Below the pieces are notes generated by a model. The model saw nothing but the letters and a program-made list of their open reading frames with translations, was not told the DNA's origin and did no database searches. The position numbers were made by a program, and so were the translations under genes. Shown here piece after piece: positions 25,788-35,563 of a DNA stretch of 64,000 nt; position 1 is the stretch's first letter, and every line of letters begins with the position of its first letter. Source of the DNA: a virus; the IMG/VR virus record IMGVR_UViG_3300050821_004119, positions 6,312-70,311 of that record, one strand, 5' to 3'.

Positions 25788-27672
25788 TCCTAGGGGTGTA
25801 GACGGTCATCACGCGGGCGGCGGCGCACGTAAGAAGACGACTACGTACCTCGACATTGATAAGGTATCCGATAAGGCATCTAAATTGATGACCTCTATTG
25901 ATGATTACCTGAACGCACTACCTGACGAAGACGAAGTTGTCGATGAAATATTTAAGGAAAAGTTTGTAGATTTAAGAACCTGGCTTTATGCTCCTGAATA
26001 TATGGGTCTTGAAATTCAGTTATCGCCGATTCAGTTCGAAGTTATGCAAGCAATGGATAATTATGATCCAACGACTAATCCTTATACTGAAGCAGTCTGT
26101 GAATGGGGTAAAGGATCAGGAAAAGACTTTGTGTCTGCTCTTTGTGCTCTTCGTTGTGTCTATTGGTTGCTATGTTTAAGAAGTCCTTATCTTTATTACA
26201 AGTTAGCAAAAGGTACTGGAATTCAACTTTGTAATGTCGCTTATACTGCTGAACAGTCAATTTACGTTTATTTTAAGCAATTAACCGGATTGATTAAGGC
26301 TTCATCTTGGTTTGTGAAACAAAAACCTGATATTAAGAAGTCCAGAATTGATTTTGCAAATGAAATTACTCTTGTGTCTACTTCTACTGACGGCGATAGT
26401 GCTGAGGGTCAGAATCTTATATTTGCGGTTATGGACGAAGCATCGGCTTTTAAAGATTCAAAGACGATTAAGGCGCAGTCGCGCAAGGATGGGGTTAAAG
26501 TAGACCGAGCAGCAGATGGAATATATAAAGTATTAAGATCATCTATTAATTCTCGCTTTCCTAACTCTGGAAAATTAATGATCATCTCTTATCCTCGTTA
26601 TAAGGATGATTACATTCAAACAAAGTTAGAAGAGAATAAAAATGCCACAAAAGGTTTCATTTCTGGTCCCTATGCAACTTGGGAAGTTAATCCATCTAAA
26701 CAAAGATCTGATTTTAATGAGGATTATGAAAAGAATCCTGAATTAGCCGATGCAATGTATGGTTGTAATCCTCCCTTTTCTGAGGACGCTTGGGTTAAGT
26801 ATCCAGATAGATTCCTAAAATGCATTCTTAATTCGGTGAAATTAAATACTTTAAAGTCACCGATTAATGAATATGGCATTTATGATCCCTTTTTCCAGGG
26901 AACACCTGGTAAGCTATATTGTATTCATGTAGACCTTGCGCTTAATTCAGATAAGTGTGCTTTATCGCTTGCTTCGCAGGGACATCCTATTATCAAAGAG
27001 AAGTGTCCTTGTGGAGCTAATGCTCCTTGGGATGAGAAATATGAAGTTTGCAGTAGTTGTGGTTTAACAAAGGACAAATGGCTGAAGATTTCAATGCCAA
27101 CAATGGTTGTTTCTTTATTGAAACATTTTCGCCCCAGAAGTTCTGCATCGGGTAGACAAGAAGTACATTTCGCTGATATTCGTGAGGAAATTCTCTTTCT
27201 TCGTGATCGCGGACATAAAATATGGGCTCTATCATATGACGGATGGCAATCAAGAGATTCCATTCAGACGATGCAGCGTCTCTTAGGAAAACGAATTATC
27301 AAGGATAGATGGGGACAACCTATTCGTGAAGAGGAAATAGCTCAAACTTTATCAGTTGACCGAGATACTAAGGCTTATGACACATTAAAAGAGTTTATTT
27401 ATGATGAGAGATTTTTTATAACACCTCCTGAAGATGTGAAGAAAAAAGAAGATTGGGAAACCTCAGAAGATCCAGTAGCAATTGCGTTTAGGGAATTTAG
27501 GGGATTGAGACTAATTAATGCAAAAAAGGTAGACCATGCGATTGGATCAAGTAAGGACTTCACAGATGCAATAGCAGGATGCGCTTATTGGATATCACAG
27601 ATGCCAATATCAAGAGGCAGAGGTCCATCTTTAAATGGTTGGCGCGAGAATATTAGTACGGATAGGAGATAA
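25777..27672 (+). CDS. terL: terminase large subunit
   Basis: WGKGSGKD Walker A, VMDEAS Walker B, HVDLA nuclease motif, KVDH..GSSKDFTDA. Confidence 0.92.
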   Translation: MPSNPRGVDGHHAGGGARKKTTTYLDIDKVSDKASKLMTSIDDYLNALPDEDEVVDEIFKEKFVDLRTWLYAPEYMGLEIQLSPIQFEVMQAMDNYDPTTNPYTEAVCEWGKGSGKDFVSALCALRCVYWLLCLRSPYLYYKLAKGTGIQLCNVAYTAEQSIYVYFKQLTGLIKASSWFVKQKPDIKKSRIDFANEITLVSTSTDGDSAEGQNLIFAVMDEASAFKDSKTIKAQSRKDGVKVDRAADGIYKVLRSSINSRFPNSGKLMIISYPRYKDDYIQTKLEENKNATKGFISGPYATWEVNPSKQRSDFNEDYEKNPELADAMYGCNPPFSEDAWVKYPDRFLKCILNSVKLNTLKSPINEYGIYDPFFQGTPGKLYCIHVDLALNSDKCALSLASQGHPIIKEKCPCGANAPWDEKYEVCSSCGLTKDKWLKISMPTMVVSLLKHFRPRSSASGRQEVHFADIREEILFLRDRGHKIWALSYDGWQSRDSIQTMQRLLGKRIIKDRWGQPIREEEIAQTLSVDRDTKAYDTLKEFIYDERFFITPPEDVKKKEDWETSEDPVAIAFREFRGLRLINAKKVDHAIGSSKDFTDAIAGCAYWISQMPISRGRGPSLNGWRENISTDRR

Positions 27673-27673
27673 C

Positions 27674-29356
27674 ATGCTTACGAAAATCAACGACAGGCCA
27701 AAAGCAAATCGTAGAACATACAGTTTTGAAGTATTGCATAATAGCAAGGATACCTTTGAATCTGATATGAACAATTTCCTTGAGCATGTTACGAAACGAC
27801 GTTTTTTCGAAATTCAACAGGAAATATTAGGGCAAAAAGGCCCAACTAAGAATTCAACCATTGGTCAGAAGAAAAGCGTCGGAGGCAAATTAAAACTTCG
27901 TCTTCCGATTTCAACGATTGCTGGTTTTGGTAATCAATCTGAGCAGACTTTAATGTCGGCATTTGGTTGGTATTGGGAACCGTTATTGCATGATCTTGTG
28001 TTTTTTGAAGAAATGCGCGCAGCAGTTTCTCTTATTGATGGACAAGTTAATAAGCTGGTCGATACTGCTCTTTTGGGATTCCGCATTGTTAATGATGACC
28101 CAGAAGTTGTTAAAAATGTCAGCGAATTAATGCTTTATAACCAAAATGTGAATTTAAGAGAGTCAATTCGTCGTTGCATGGTAGATTTATTCTCTATCGG
28201 TAATAGTTATACAAAACCAGAGTGGACTAAAACTGCTGCTGGAATGACAACGTTAGAAGTGATTCGTCCAGTTCGTGCAAATGCTATACGTAAGTTGCGT
28301 AATGAGAAATTAGCAACCGAAGGATATGTCCAGTTGCTTCATCGTCCATCTGAATTTATTCTTGGTGGCACACCGCATACGCCTACGATTTATCTATATG
28401 ATGAAATGCTTTGTGGTATGCAACGTAGCACTGGATGGTATGCCTATGGTGTTCCGTTATTGGCATCATTGCCGTTCGCAATTAAACTGAAACTTCAAAT
28501 GGAACGCGATTTGGCCGAGATGTTGCATCAACATTTGCCTCGTATTGTTGTGAAATTCTCCCCAGATGACCAAATGAATCAAGAACAAGTCGATCAGGCT
28601 CTTGCTGATTTGACAACTAAAGTTTCTCAAATGCGTCCGTCTGATAATTTTGCAACAACTCCTGACGTTGATATTACATATGCTGGTCCCCAGGGACATG
28701 CATTAGACTTTTCTTCTACACAGAAACACATCGAGGAACAGTTATTTTATGTTCTACCGTTCGCTCCATCAATTATGGGACTTGACTCTAAGTCTAATCC
28801 TTTCGATTCTCAACAACATTGGACTGTTGCCGTCAATACTGCTTATGACCTTAGACACGCTATTGGTGTTATGTTCCGCCCGATGTTTCGTGTTCTTGAA
28901 GAAGATTGGGGTTGCAGTGAAATAAGTATTGGATACGATGATCTTGATCCCGAGATGACCCAGAAGCATGCTGAGACTGATGAATATGTGACTAATAATG
29001 CTGTGTTAAAGCGTGACAATGGATTTCTCGATCAGGACACCGCTGCAATACAAGCAACCGCCCATCATCCAGATGGTTCTGTCAAGAAGGCCGCGAAGCC
29101 AGGAGCAATTCCTCCTCCCGTTGCCAATGACGGAACGAATACGAACGGAATTCCGAATAAACCGAAGAATTCTGGTAATCCTAAACCTGCTAAAGGCAAG
29201 GAACCTGTGAAGCCAAACGGTCGCGTTAGAACAAAGGGTCCTAAGAAGGATGGTACGAAAGTTCCCGATAAGGATAACCGTACTAAAGGAAAGAGACATT
29301 CGTTTCAGGATGAGGCACTTGCTCAATGGGCGATCTCTGAACTTAATGATGAATAA
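27674..29356 (+). CDS. portal protein
   Basis: Follows TerL; GNSY, YGVPLL motifs; AGGAG RBS before ATG 27674; basic disordered C-terminal tail. Confidence 0.82.
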   Translation: MLTKINDRPKANRRTYSFEVLHNSKDTFESDMNNFLEHVTKRRFFEIQQEILGQKGPTKNSTIGQKKSVGGKLKLRLPISTIAGFGNQSEQTLMSAFGWYWEPLLHDLVFFEEMRAAVSLIDGQVNKLVDTALLGFRIVNDDPEVVKNVSELMLYNQNVNLRESIRRCMVDLFSIGNSYTKPEWTKTAAGMTTLEVIRPVRANAIRKLRNEKLATEGYVQLLHRPSEFILGGTPHTPTIYLYDEMLCGMQRSTGWYAYGVPLLASLPFAIKLKLQMERDLAEMLHQHLPRIVVKFSPDDQMNQEQVDQALADLTTKVSQMRPSDNFATTPDVDITYAGPQGHALDFSSTQKHIEEQLFYVLPFAPSIMGLDSKSNPFDSQQHWTVAVNTAYDLRHAIGVMFRPMFRVLEEDWGCSEISIGYDDLDPEMTQKHAETDEYVTNNAVLKRDNGFLDQDTAAIQATAHHPDGSVKKAAKPGAIPPPVANDGTNTNGIPNKPKNSGNPKPAKGKEPVKPNGRVRTKGPKKDGTKVPDKDNRTKGKRHSFQDEALAQWAISELNDE

Positions 29357-29358
29357 TC

Positions 29359-29410
29359 TCAGGATTGTGACAAAATAGTTACTTCTATTGATCACTATGT
29401 TTTAGAGGTG
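29359..29410 (+). promoter_or_regulatory. putative late promoter (TCAGGATTGTGAC + AATAGTTA..CTATGTTTTA)
   Basis: Same architecture as 38358-38410. Confidence 0.6.
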
Positions 29411-29423
29411 AGAAGGTATTGTT

Positions 29424-31301
29424 ATGGCTGATTCTACGCATGAACTTAATGATGTATTAAAGCAGTTGTCTGAATCAGGCGATTATGCTTCTTCTACTGT
29501 TCTAACGGAAGAATCAAAAACTGGCGTCAAAATTCCTTCTAGTCATTTGGCTAAAATTCAAAAGTGGACCCGTGAAGATATTGATAAAGAACTTATTCAT
29601 ACTTTCCCGGTTATTATGATTGACACCGAACCGACCCGTAACTTGGTAGTATATACTGAAGCGTCGCAAAAGAAGTCCTTAAAAGGATGGATTGGACGTA
29701 CGGTCCTGTTTAATTGGAACGGCTCTGGTAATGTCGGAATAATTGGTCAAGCTGATCATTCACTTCAAGCTGCCTCACAAACAGCTCGTATATATGATGC
29801 TCGTATGGTAAGAACCCCTAGTGGAGCAGTTGGTACGCTTGGTTGGTTTTATGCCGTTGAAGGCGTCGATGTTATTATTGATTCATTTATTAAGAAGTTA
29901 AACGCCGGTGTTCTCCGTGAAGTATCAATTCACGTTGCAGTTCCAGAAGGTGTTGTTTGTTCAATAGATGGTAAATCTTTTTCTGGTTATGAAGGTGGTG
30001 CTCATACCGAAGAAGAAGAAAAAACTATTTGTTTCGATCATCAGCCTGGCAATAAGTATGGACGCGAAGTTTGTTACATGTCTACTGGCGAAGGTAGACT
30101 TGATCCGCTTGAACTCAGTGCTGTTGCGGTTCCTGGATCTATTAATGCTCATGTCTTAAAAGACGATGAAGTTGAAAATTATAAAATTGTCTCTTTAAAA
30201 GAGGCTCTCGGTGGTTCTAATCACTTGAAGGAGATAATCATGGCTAAGAAGACGAAGACGGTCGCAGCCTTAGAAGAAATCGCGAACATTGCGAAGAATG
30301 CTGGATTCCTTCAAGAAGCGAAAGAAGATCCTGCGGATGGCGATTGCGGCAAATGCGGACATGCTTCACATGAAGGCGCATGCTCTAAAAATTGTGGATC
30401 TTGTTCTAAAGATGAAACTGCTGATCCTAAGACTGCCAAGCCTGGAACGAAAACCAAAGATGAAGAGTCTAAGGATGACGAAGAAGAATCCAAGAGCGAA
30501 GAAGAAGAGAATGGCAAAGATACGCCAGGTAATGATCGCAAAGATTTGAAAGTCAAAAAGGGCGAAGCTGTTTCTCCCAAAACCTCTAAACCTGGAACAA
30601 AAACCAAGGATGAAGAGAAGAACGAAGAAGAGGAAGAAGCTGCTGATCCTAAGTCCAAAAAGCCTTCTACTACGACTAAAGATGAAGAGAAGAACGAAGA
30701 AGAAGAGCGTATGGATGATCCTGATGACAAAAAAGAAGAAGATGAAGAAAAAGAATCTGATCCGCCAGAAGGCGATGATGACTCTAAGAAATCCAAGAAG
30801 GCTTCTAAGCAATCCTTCCTGTTCGATGACAATTGCCCAGCTTGCGGCGGGAATAAAGAAACCGTCCAGCCATTATCTGAGTCCGAAACGATCTCATTAA
30901 TGCGCGATACATTCAAAGAACAAGTCGAAATCATCATTAAAGTTGCCAAGGAAAAGATCGCTACGGCAAAGCAAGCGGCAGTTCGTGCCGAGCAGTTCGA
31001 CGAAATATTTGACCTGTTCGTTCAAGAAACGGCTACCATGGCTGTTAATAGTGGCCTGAAGAAATTTCAGGAACGTGACAATTATATTGTAACCCTAAAA
31101 GCATTATCTTTTAATGCTGTACGGGAAATTCGCGAGACACTTTCTTTGAAAGATTCCGCTCGTGAAGATAAAGTTGAAGTTATTCGTCAATCAATGATGG
31201 AAAGATCCAAACAGAATCTTGGAACAATCATTGAAGATGATAACGGCAAAAAGAAATCTTCTAATGGCGTAAGCGCCCGTCCAAAATTTGGCCTAAGGTA
31301 A
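29424..31301 (+). CDS. prohead protease-scaffold fusion
   Basis: DH, EVSI, CSI, ELSAVAVPG protease-type motifs; acidic repeat region; lies between portal and capsid genes. Confidence 0.8.
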   Translation: MADSTHELNDVLKQLSESGDYASSTVLTEESKTGVKIPSSHLAKIQKWTREDIDKELIHTFPVIMIDTEPTRNLVVYTEASQKKSLKGWIGRTVLFNWNGSGNVGIIGQADHSLQAASQTARIYDARMVRTPSGAVGTLGWFYAVEGVDVIIDSFIKKLNAGVLREVSIHVAVPEGVVCSIDGKSFSGYEGGAHTEEEEKTICFDHQPGNKYGREVCYMSTGEGRLDPLELSAVAVPGSINAHVLKDDEVENYKIVSLKEALGGSNHLKEIIMAKKTKTVAALEEIANIAKNAGFLQEAKEDPADGDCGKCGHASHEGACSKNCGSCSKDETADPKTAKPGTKTKDEESKDDEEESKSEEEENGKDTPGNDRKDLKVKKGEAVSPKTSKPGTKTKDEEKNEEEEEAADPKSKKPSTTTKDEEKNEEEERMDDPDDKKEEDEEKESDPPEGDDDSKKSKKASKQSFLFDDNCPACGGNKETVQPLSESETISLMRDTFKEQVEIIIKVAKEKIATAKQAAVRAEQFDEIFDLFVQETATMAVNSGLKKFQERDNYIVTLKALSFNAVREIRETLSLKDSAREDKVEVIRQSMMERSKQNLGTIIEDDNGKKKSSNGVSARPKFGLR

Positions 31302-31314
31302 GAGGAGCACTAAC

Positions 31315-31857
31315 ATGGCATCTACATTCGCACGAGTCTCAGGGGTCTTGATTGATCCTCTTACAGCGCAAACTAATTCGTTGTATGCTGATCCTTCTTT
31401 AAATGCTGGTAGCTCGAATGCCGCCGCAGTTGTTCCGGTGACGGGCTCAACAGCCCTTTACGGTCAGCTTTGGCGCGGTATGCCGATCTTCGTGAACCAA
31501 ACGACTGGTAAATTGGTTCCCCCGAATGATGCAGGCGTGTCTGGTTCGACTTCATTGTATCTTGGCGTCTTAGTTGACGACTTCACGAGTTTCCACCTTG
31601 CGCGTGGAACGAAAGTTCCTTACATTGCTAAGGGTCGCGTTCGTTCTTATGCTGGCGGTACACTGACCATTGGTCAGGCTGTCAAGCCGGACACCTCTTC
31701 TAACTTCTCAGGCTTCGTTGCCTGGGTCGAAGGAACTGATGATCTTGCGCTGCGTGTTGGACAGTTCCTTCCTATAGATGACGGTTCTGCTGAGAACGGT
31801 TCGACTGCTGGAACCGGCGCGGTTCAGGGCGATACGATCTTCGTAAACCTGATCTAA
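31315..31857 (+). CDS. capsid decoration/cement protein
   Basis: Gly/Ala-rich beta protein directly upstream of the major capsid gene. Confidence 0.65.
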   Translation: MASTFARVSGVLIDPLTAQTNSLYADPSLNAGSSNAAAVVPVTGSTALYGQLWRGMPIFVNQTTGKLVPPNDAGVSGSTSLYLGVLVDDFTSFHLARGTKVPYIAKGRVRSYAGGTLTIGQAVKPDTSSNFSGFVAWVEGTDDLALRVGQFLPIDDGSAENGSTAGTGAVQGDTIFVNLI

Positions 31858-31921
31858 AATTCAATTTGAGGCAATAGGAGATTATTCAGGAAATTTTTAC
31901 TCCATCCAAGGAGAGTCTACA

Positions 31922-33040
31922 ATGTCAACCCAAATTAAGAAAGTGTCATCTTTGACGGAAGCAATTGCATCAATTGTTACCGCTGTTGGTGAACGTACCC
32001 CCTTGAAGGCTTTTGACAAAGTTAAAAAGACTTCTGTCGCGGCGCAGTGCCGTGAAGCCGGAATTACAATTGGGGAATTGGCTGAATCCCTTGGTTATGG
32101 AGATGCCTCTTCATTCCTTAAACAGCAGCTTAATGTCGATACCAAAACTCTTCGCCTCGAAGAACTTTGGACATCTGATGAACTTCACGGTATGCAACCG
32201 GAACTGTTTCTTGATACGATTCTTATGGCTAACCTCAATGCGATGGTTACACATAACTTCGTTACGGAAATTCCGATCAACCGTGGTGAAATCGTTGTTC
32301 GTACGTTCGAAGACGGCGGACAGGTTTATGAAGTCGGACAAGGTGAAACGATTCGCGACGATCAGGGTGTCATCATCCGTCGTACGGTCTTCATAAAGAA
32401 AATTGGTCGTGGTCTTAATTGGTCTTATGAAGAAGAACGTCGTACGCAGTTCCCGCTGATTCAAATCAATTTGATGCGTATCGGCCTTCGTATGGCTCTT
32501 AAAAAGGACCTTGATGTTCTGAACGTGCTTCGCACGGGTATCCCGGCTCAACTGTCGAATGGTTCACAGCCTGCTCAAGCCGCGATTCCAACCCCAGTGT
32601 CAGTGTCTCAGTCGAATACCGCTGGTTCGGGTGTTCCCGCTGGTCAGCTAGTGTTCGCCGACATCGTGCAAATCGTTACCGATATTGCTAACCGCAATTA
32701 TCATGGCGACTTCGCAGTGATGAGCCCCGTAACGTACGGTAAGTTCGCCCTTATTCCCCAGGTTTCCAATTACCTCAATGCTGGTCCGATGGCGAGCAAG
32801 GTTCTTGAAACCGGCGTGATCTCCCACTTCTTCGGTCTGGATCTCTTCATTACGAAGCAAATGCCTGATAATGAAATCCTTGCCGGTCAAAAAGGCTTCG
32901 CTGGAGCGATCTTTGTTGAACAGCCCTTGTTGCTGGAAGAAGAGAAGATCATATCGAAGCAGATCGAACGCTGCCAGGTTACTGAATGCTACGGACCAAT
33001 GGTTCTGTACACGCAGGCGCTCACGAGACTTCCTTTCTAG
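31922..33040 (+). CDS. major capsid protein (HK97 fold, probable)
   Basis: EVGQGETI, KKIGRGLNWSYEE, FFGLDLF; synteny; terminator downstream. Confidence 0.85.
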   Translation: MSTQIKKVSSLTEAIASIVTAVGERTPLKAFDKVKKTSVAAQCREAGITIGELAESLGYGDASSFLKQQLNVDTKTLRLEELWTSDELHGMQPELFLDTILMANLNAMVTHNFVTEIPINRGEIVVRTFEDGGQVYEVGQGETIRDDQGVIIRRTVFIKKIGRGLNWSYEEERRTQFPLIQINLMRIGLRMALKKDLDVLNVLRTGIPAQLSNGSQPAQAAIPTPVSVSQSNTAGSGVPAGQLVFADIVQIVTDIANRNYHGDFAVMSPVTYGKFALIPQVSNYLNAGPMASKVLETGVISHFFGLDLFITKQMPDNEILAGQKGFAGAIFVEQPLLLEEEKIISKQIERCQVTECYGPMVLYTQALTRLPF

Positions 33041-33061
33041 TCTAAAATTAAAGTAAAATAA

Positions 33062-33089
33062 ATAATCCCCCAATCAAACGGGGGATTAT
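33062..33089 (+). terminator. hairpin/terminator after the major capsid gene
   Basis: ATAATCCCCC/GGGGGATTAT inverted repeat. Confidence 0.7.
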
Positions 33090-33113
33090 ACTTATCTCTT
33101 TAGGAGAAAAATT

Positions 33114-33563
33114 GTGAAGAAATTAATCGCTCTTGTCTCATTTCTTATCGTTAGTTCCTCAATGGCACTTGCACAAAGCATTTCGCTTTCTCCTTCAGTT
33201 GCACAACAGGCTGTGCCACAATTCTCACGTTGCGGTTCAACAATCGCGATTTCGTCCTCGACAGCAGCTACATCACTTCTGACCGATGGTACGCTTTCAT
33301 TACTTGGTTTGCATGTTTGCGGTTATACGATTCAGATTGTTTCTGGAACGTCGCCGACATTCAAACTGGTTTACGGAACGCATACTTCTGCTAATTGCGA
33401 CACTGGTGCGGTTAATGTGACTGGTGCCTTCGCTGGTACTGGCGTGTACGCTTCTGGTGCTCTTGGCTTGCAGTTGAATATTCCGGCTGGTCAACAGCTT
33501 TGTATCATCGCTGGCGGTACCTCTCCTGTTCTTGCAGGCTACGTGACGTACGGTTCTTGGTAA
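33114..33563 (+). CDS. Sec signal-peptide protein, 4 Cys, beta-rich
   Basis: MKKLIALVSFLIVSSSMALA|QS; GTG start with AGGAG RBS. Confidence 0.75.
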   Translation: MKKLIALVSFLIVSSSMALAQSISLSPSVAQQAVPQFSRCGSTIAISSSTAATSLLTDGTLSLLGLHVCGYTIQIVSGTSPTFKLVYGTHTSANCDTGAVNVTGAFAGTGVYASGALGLQLNIPAGQQLCIIAGGTSPVLAGYVTYGSW

Positions 33564-33564
33564 C

Positions 33565-34134
33565 ATGAAGACAGCTAAATTCATAGGAATGCTAATGGTA
33601 GCATTCCTATTAGCCTTTCATCCGGCCATTTCATCAACCATTTATCCTCCGATATATGGTTATTGTTATCAGGTGTCGGTCCCATCCCCTGCCCCTACAA
33701 CAGGTCAGGCAACTGTTCCTGTTTGTATTAATGGCGTTCTTCAGTCGTCTGCTGTGATTACAATTGGTCCTACTGCGATTCCGGTTGCATTGCCAACCTC
33801 GTATCAAACAGCGTTTCCGACGCCAATCCCGACCCCGACTCCAGTTCCAACGCCTGCTGCTGTAGAAACAGAAGTTCCTTCATCTGCTACTTCAGTTACA
33901 TTATTAGCTGCTGGTATTGCGATCAGTGGAGTTACATTCTGCAATAATTCGACGCAAATTGCGTATATCTCGATGGTTACACCTGCTACAACAACTAGTT
34001 TAGTAACTGCTCTTGGAGCAGAAGTTAGCGGTGTTCCATTCTGTTTCTCGCAAACCTCCCACAGTCTCTATCACGGTGCGTGGTACGGCATCTGGGTCTC
34101 TGCAAATGGAACAATGACTGTTACTTACTGGTAA
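33565..34134 (+). CDS. Sec signal-peptide protein, 4 Cys, PT-rich linker
   Basis: MKTAKFIGMLMVAFLLAFHPAISS; PTPIPTPTPVPTP linker. Confidence 0.75.
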   Translation: MKTAKFIGMLMVAFLLAFHPAISSTIYPPIYGYCYQVSVPSPAPTTGQATVPVCINGVLQSSAVITIGPTAIPVALPTSYQTAFPTPIPTPTPVPTPAAVETEVPSSATSVTLLAAGIAISGVTFCNNSTQIAYISMVTPATTTSLVTALGAEVSGVPFCFSQTSHSLYHGAWYGIWVSANGTMTVTYW

Positions 34135-34144
34135 GGAATTCGTT

Positions 34145-34861
34145 ATGAAAAACCTGATCGCTTCTATTATTCTGATATCCGGTGTACTATTTTGTATGCC
34201 GGTGCAATCATATGCTACAACTACATCTTTAATTTGTTCAACACCCTCTGGTCTTATAGCCGTTCAGGGCACGACCTGTTCTGCTGCGTTCACATCTAAG
34301 ACGACATCGACGGTCCCCGGATTAACCGAAGGACTTTGTGCTAAGGTTGTTAGCGGTGAATTAACTTATGGTTCATGCGGTGGCGGCGGAACTACGTCTA
34401 CTCTTGGTGTTACTGGTACCTATAGTGCTCCATTCACTGTTCTTGGCGGATATGCTGGAACTGGTAAAACTGGTTTTGGTTTCTATACCCTAGGGTCATC
34501 GGCAACTGATACTTGCGATGGGCGTATAGGAGAATATCTTGATCTTGTGGTTGACGTTGGTGGAGCCTACAATGGTCCTGATATGACTATTGACCATTTT
34601 GGACAATTTGGTTTTTGTAAAAGTTTAAATGTGGCCGGTTCTGTTATGACTACAGTTAGTGTGAGTTCACCGTCCTTAGTCACGACTGGCACATATCAAG
34701 ATACTTCCGGTGGTCAAGAAGCCACTATGTCTTTGGGACAAACTGGAGCCCCCTCCGGTGGTTGCAGTTCTGGTTCTATTTACACCCGTTTAGATGGTAC
34801 GCCTGGTGCAACACTCTACGTATGTCAATCTAGTCTCTGGGTAGCCGCAACTAGTCCGTAG
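34145..34861 (+). CDS. Sec signal-peptide protein, 8 Cys in mature part, fibre-like C-terminus
   Basis: MKNLIASIILISGVLFCMPVQSYA|; GAP..GSIYTRLDG..LYVC..W. Confidence 0.75.
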   Translation: MKNLIASIILISGVLFCMPVQSYATTTSLICSTPSGLIAVQGTTCSAAFTSKTTSTVPGLTEGLCAKVVSGELTYGSCGGGGTTSTLGVTGTYSAPFTVLGGYAGTGKTGFGFYTLGSSATDTCDGRIGEYLDLVVDVGGAYNGPDMTIDHFGQFGFCKSLNVAGSVMTTVSVSSPSLVTTGTYQDTSGGQEATMSLGQTGAPSGGCSSGSIYTRLDGTPGATLYVCQSSLWVAATSP

Positions 34862-34909
34862 TGACAATATTAATAATTTCATATACAATATACTAAAGGA
34901 GATTTTCTC

Positions 34910-35491
34910 ATGGCTCTTAGTTCAGAAACACGTCGTAATCTCGATACGCTCGGAATCGCGTATGTTAGTCTCGAAGAAGGCGGATTTTATCAAGGAGTTC
35001 TGCCTGGTGGATTCTCAGATGTCAAAAGTTTAATATCGTTCCCTGGTCCTAAGGTTGAGTTTAAAGATGAATTCTCACGCGAAATCCTAGCTTTCAAAGA
35101 AATTCCTGAGCCCGTACAAATTCCACATGTCAAGATTTCAAAAGAGAAAAATGACAGAGGAATTTTGGAAGAGAGAGAGAATTCATTCCTCTCGATGGAT
35201 CAAGATTCTTTGCATCAGGGTATTCTCGATGCTCTGCAAACCGGCGTGATCCGTTACGTGCCCGATGATGAAATGGCTGAAAAGTACCCCGAAACTTGGG
35301 CGAATCGTCAAGTTAAGAAAACGTGGCGTGGACCGAATGACAAACCCCAGAAGTCTGCTCACCAGTTGGTCGATGAAGCTGAACAGTCAGATGACTATGC
35401 GCGTCATGCACATAAGGTATCTGCTCATGTGAAGGCGACGCAGGCGGCTGTACTCGGTGGACATACTCCTCCGAAACCGCTCTCGAAGTAA
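34910..35491 (+). CDS. hypothetical protein
   Basis: 193 aa, AAGGAG RBS. Confidence 0.75.
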   Translation: MALSSETRRNLDTLGIAYVSLEEGGFYQGVLPGGFSDVKSLISFPGPKVEFKDEFSREILAFKEIPEPVQIPHVKISKEKNDRGILEERENSFLSMDQDSLHQGILDALQTGVIRYVPDDEMAEKYPETWANRQVKKTWRGPNDKPQKSAHQLVDEAEQSDDYARHAHKVSAHVKATQAAVLGGHTPPKPLSK

Positions 35492-35505
35492 AGAAATCGT
35501 AACAA

Positions 35506-35544
35506 ATTGTCACTAGTATGTCAGTGTGGTATACTAGTGACAAT
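35506..35544. promoter_or_regulatory. 14-bp-arm palindrome containing the GTGAC half-site
   Basis: ATTGTCACTAGTAT-N11-ATACTAGTGACAAT; TAGTGACAATAT also at 34859. Confidence 0.6.
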
Positions 35545-35563
35545 ATAGGAAAGGAGGAATCAG

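Noticed and set aside
30311-30949. Long antisense ORFs opposite the scaffold region
   Set aside because: They are artefacts of GAA/GAT-rich low-complexity codons on the coding strand.
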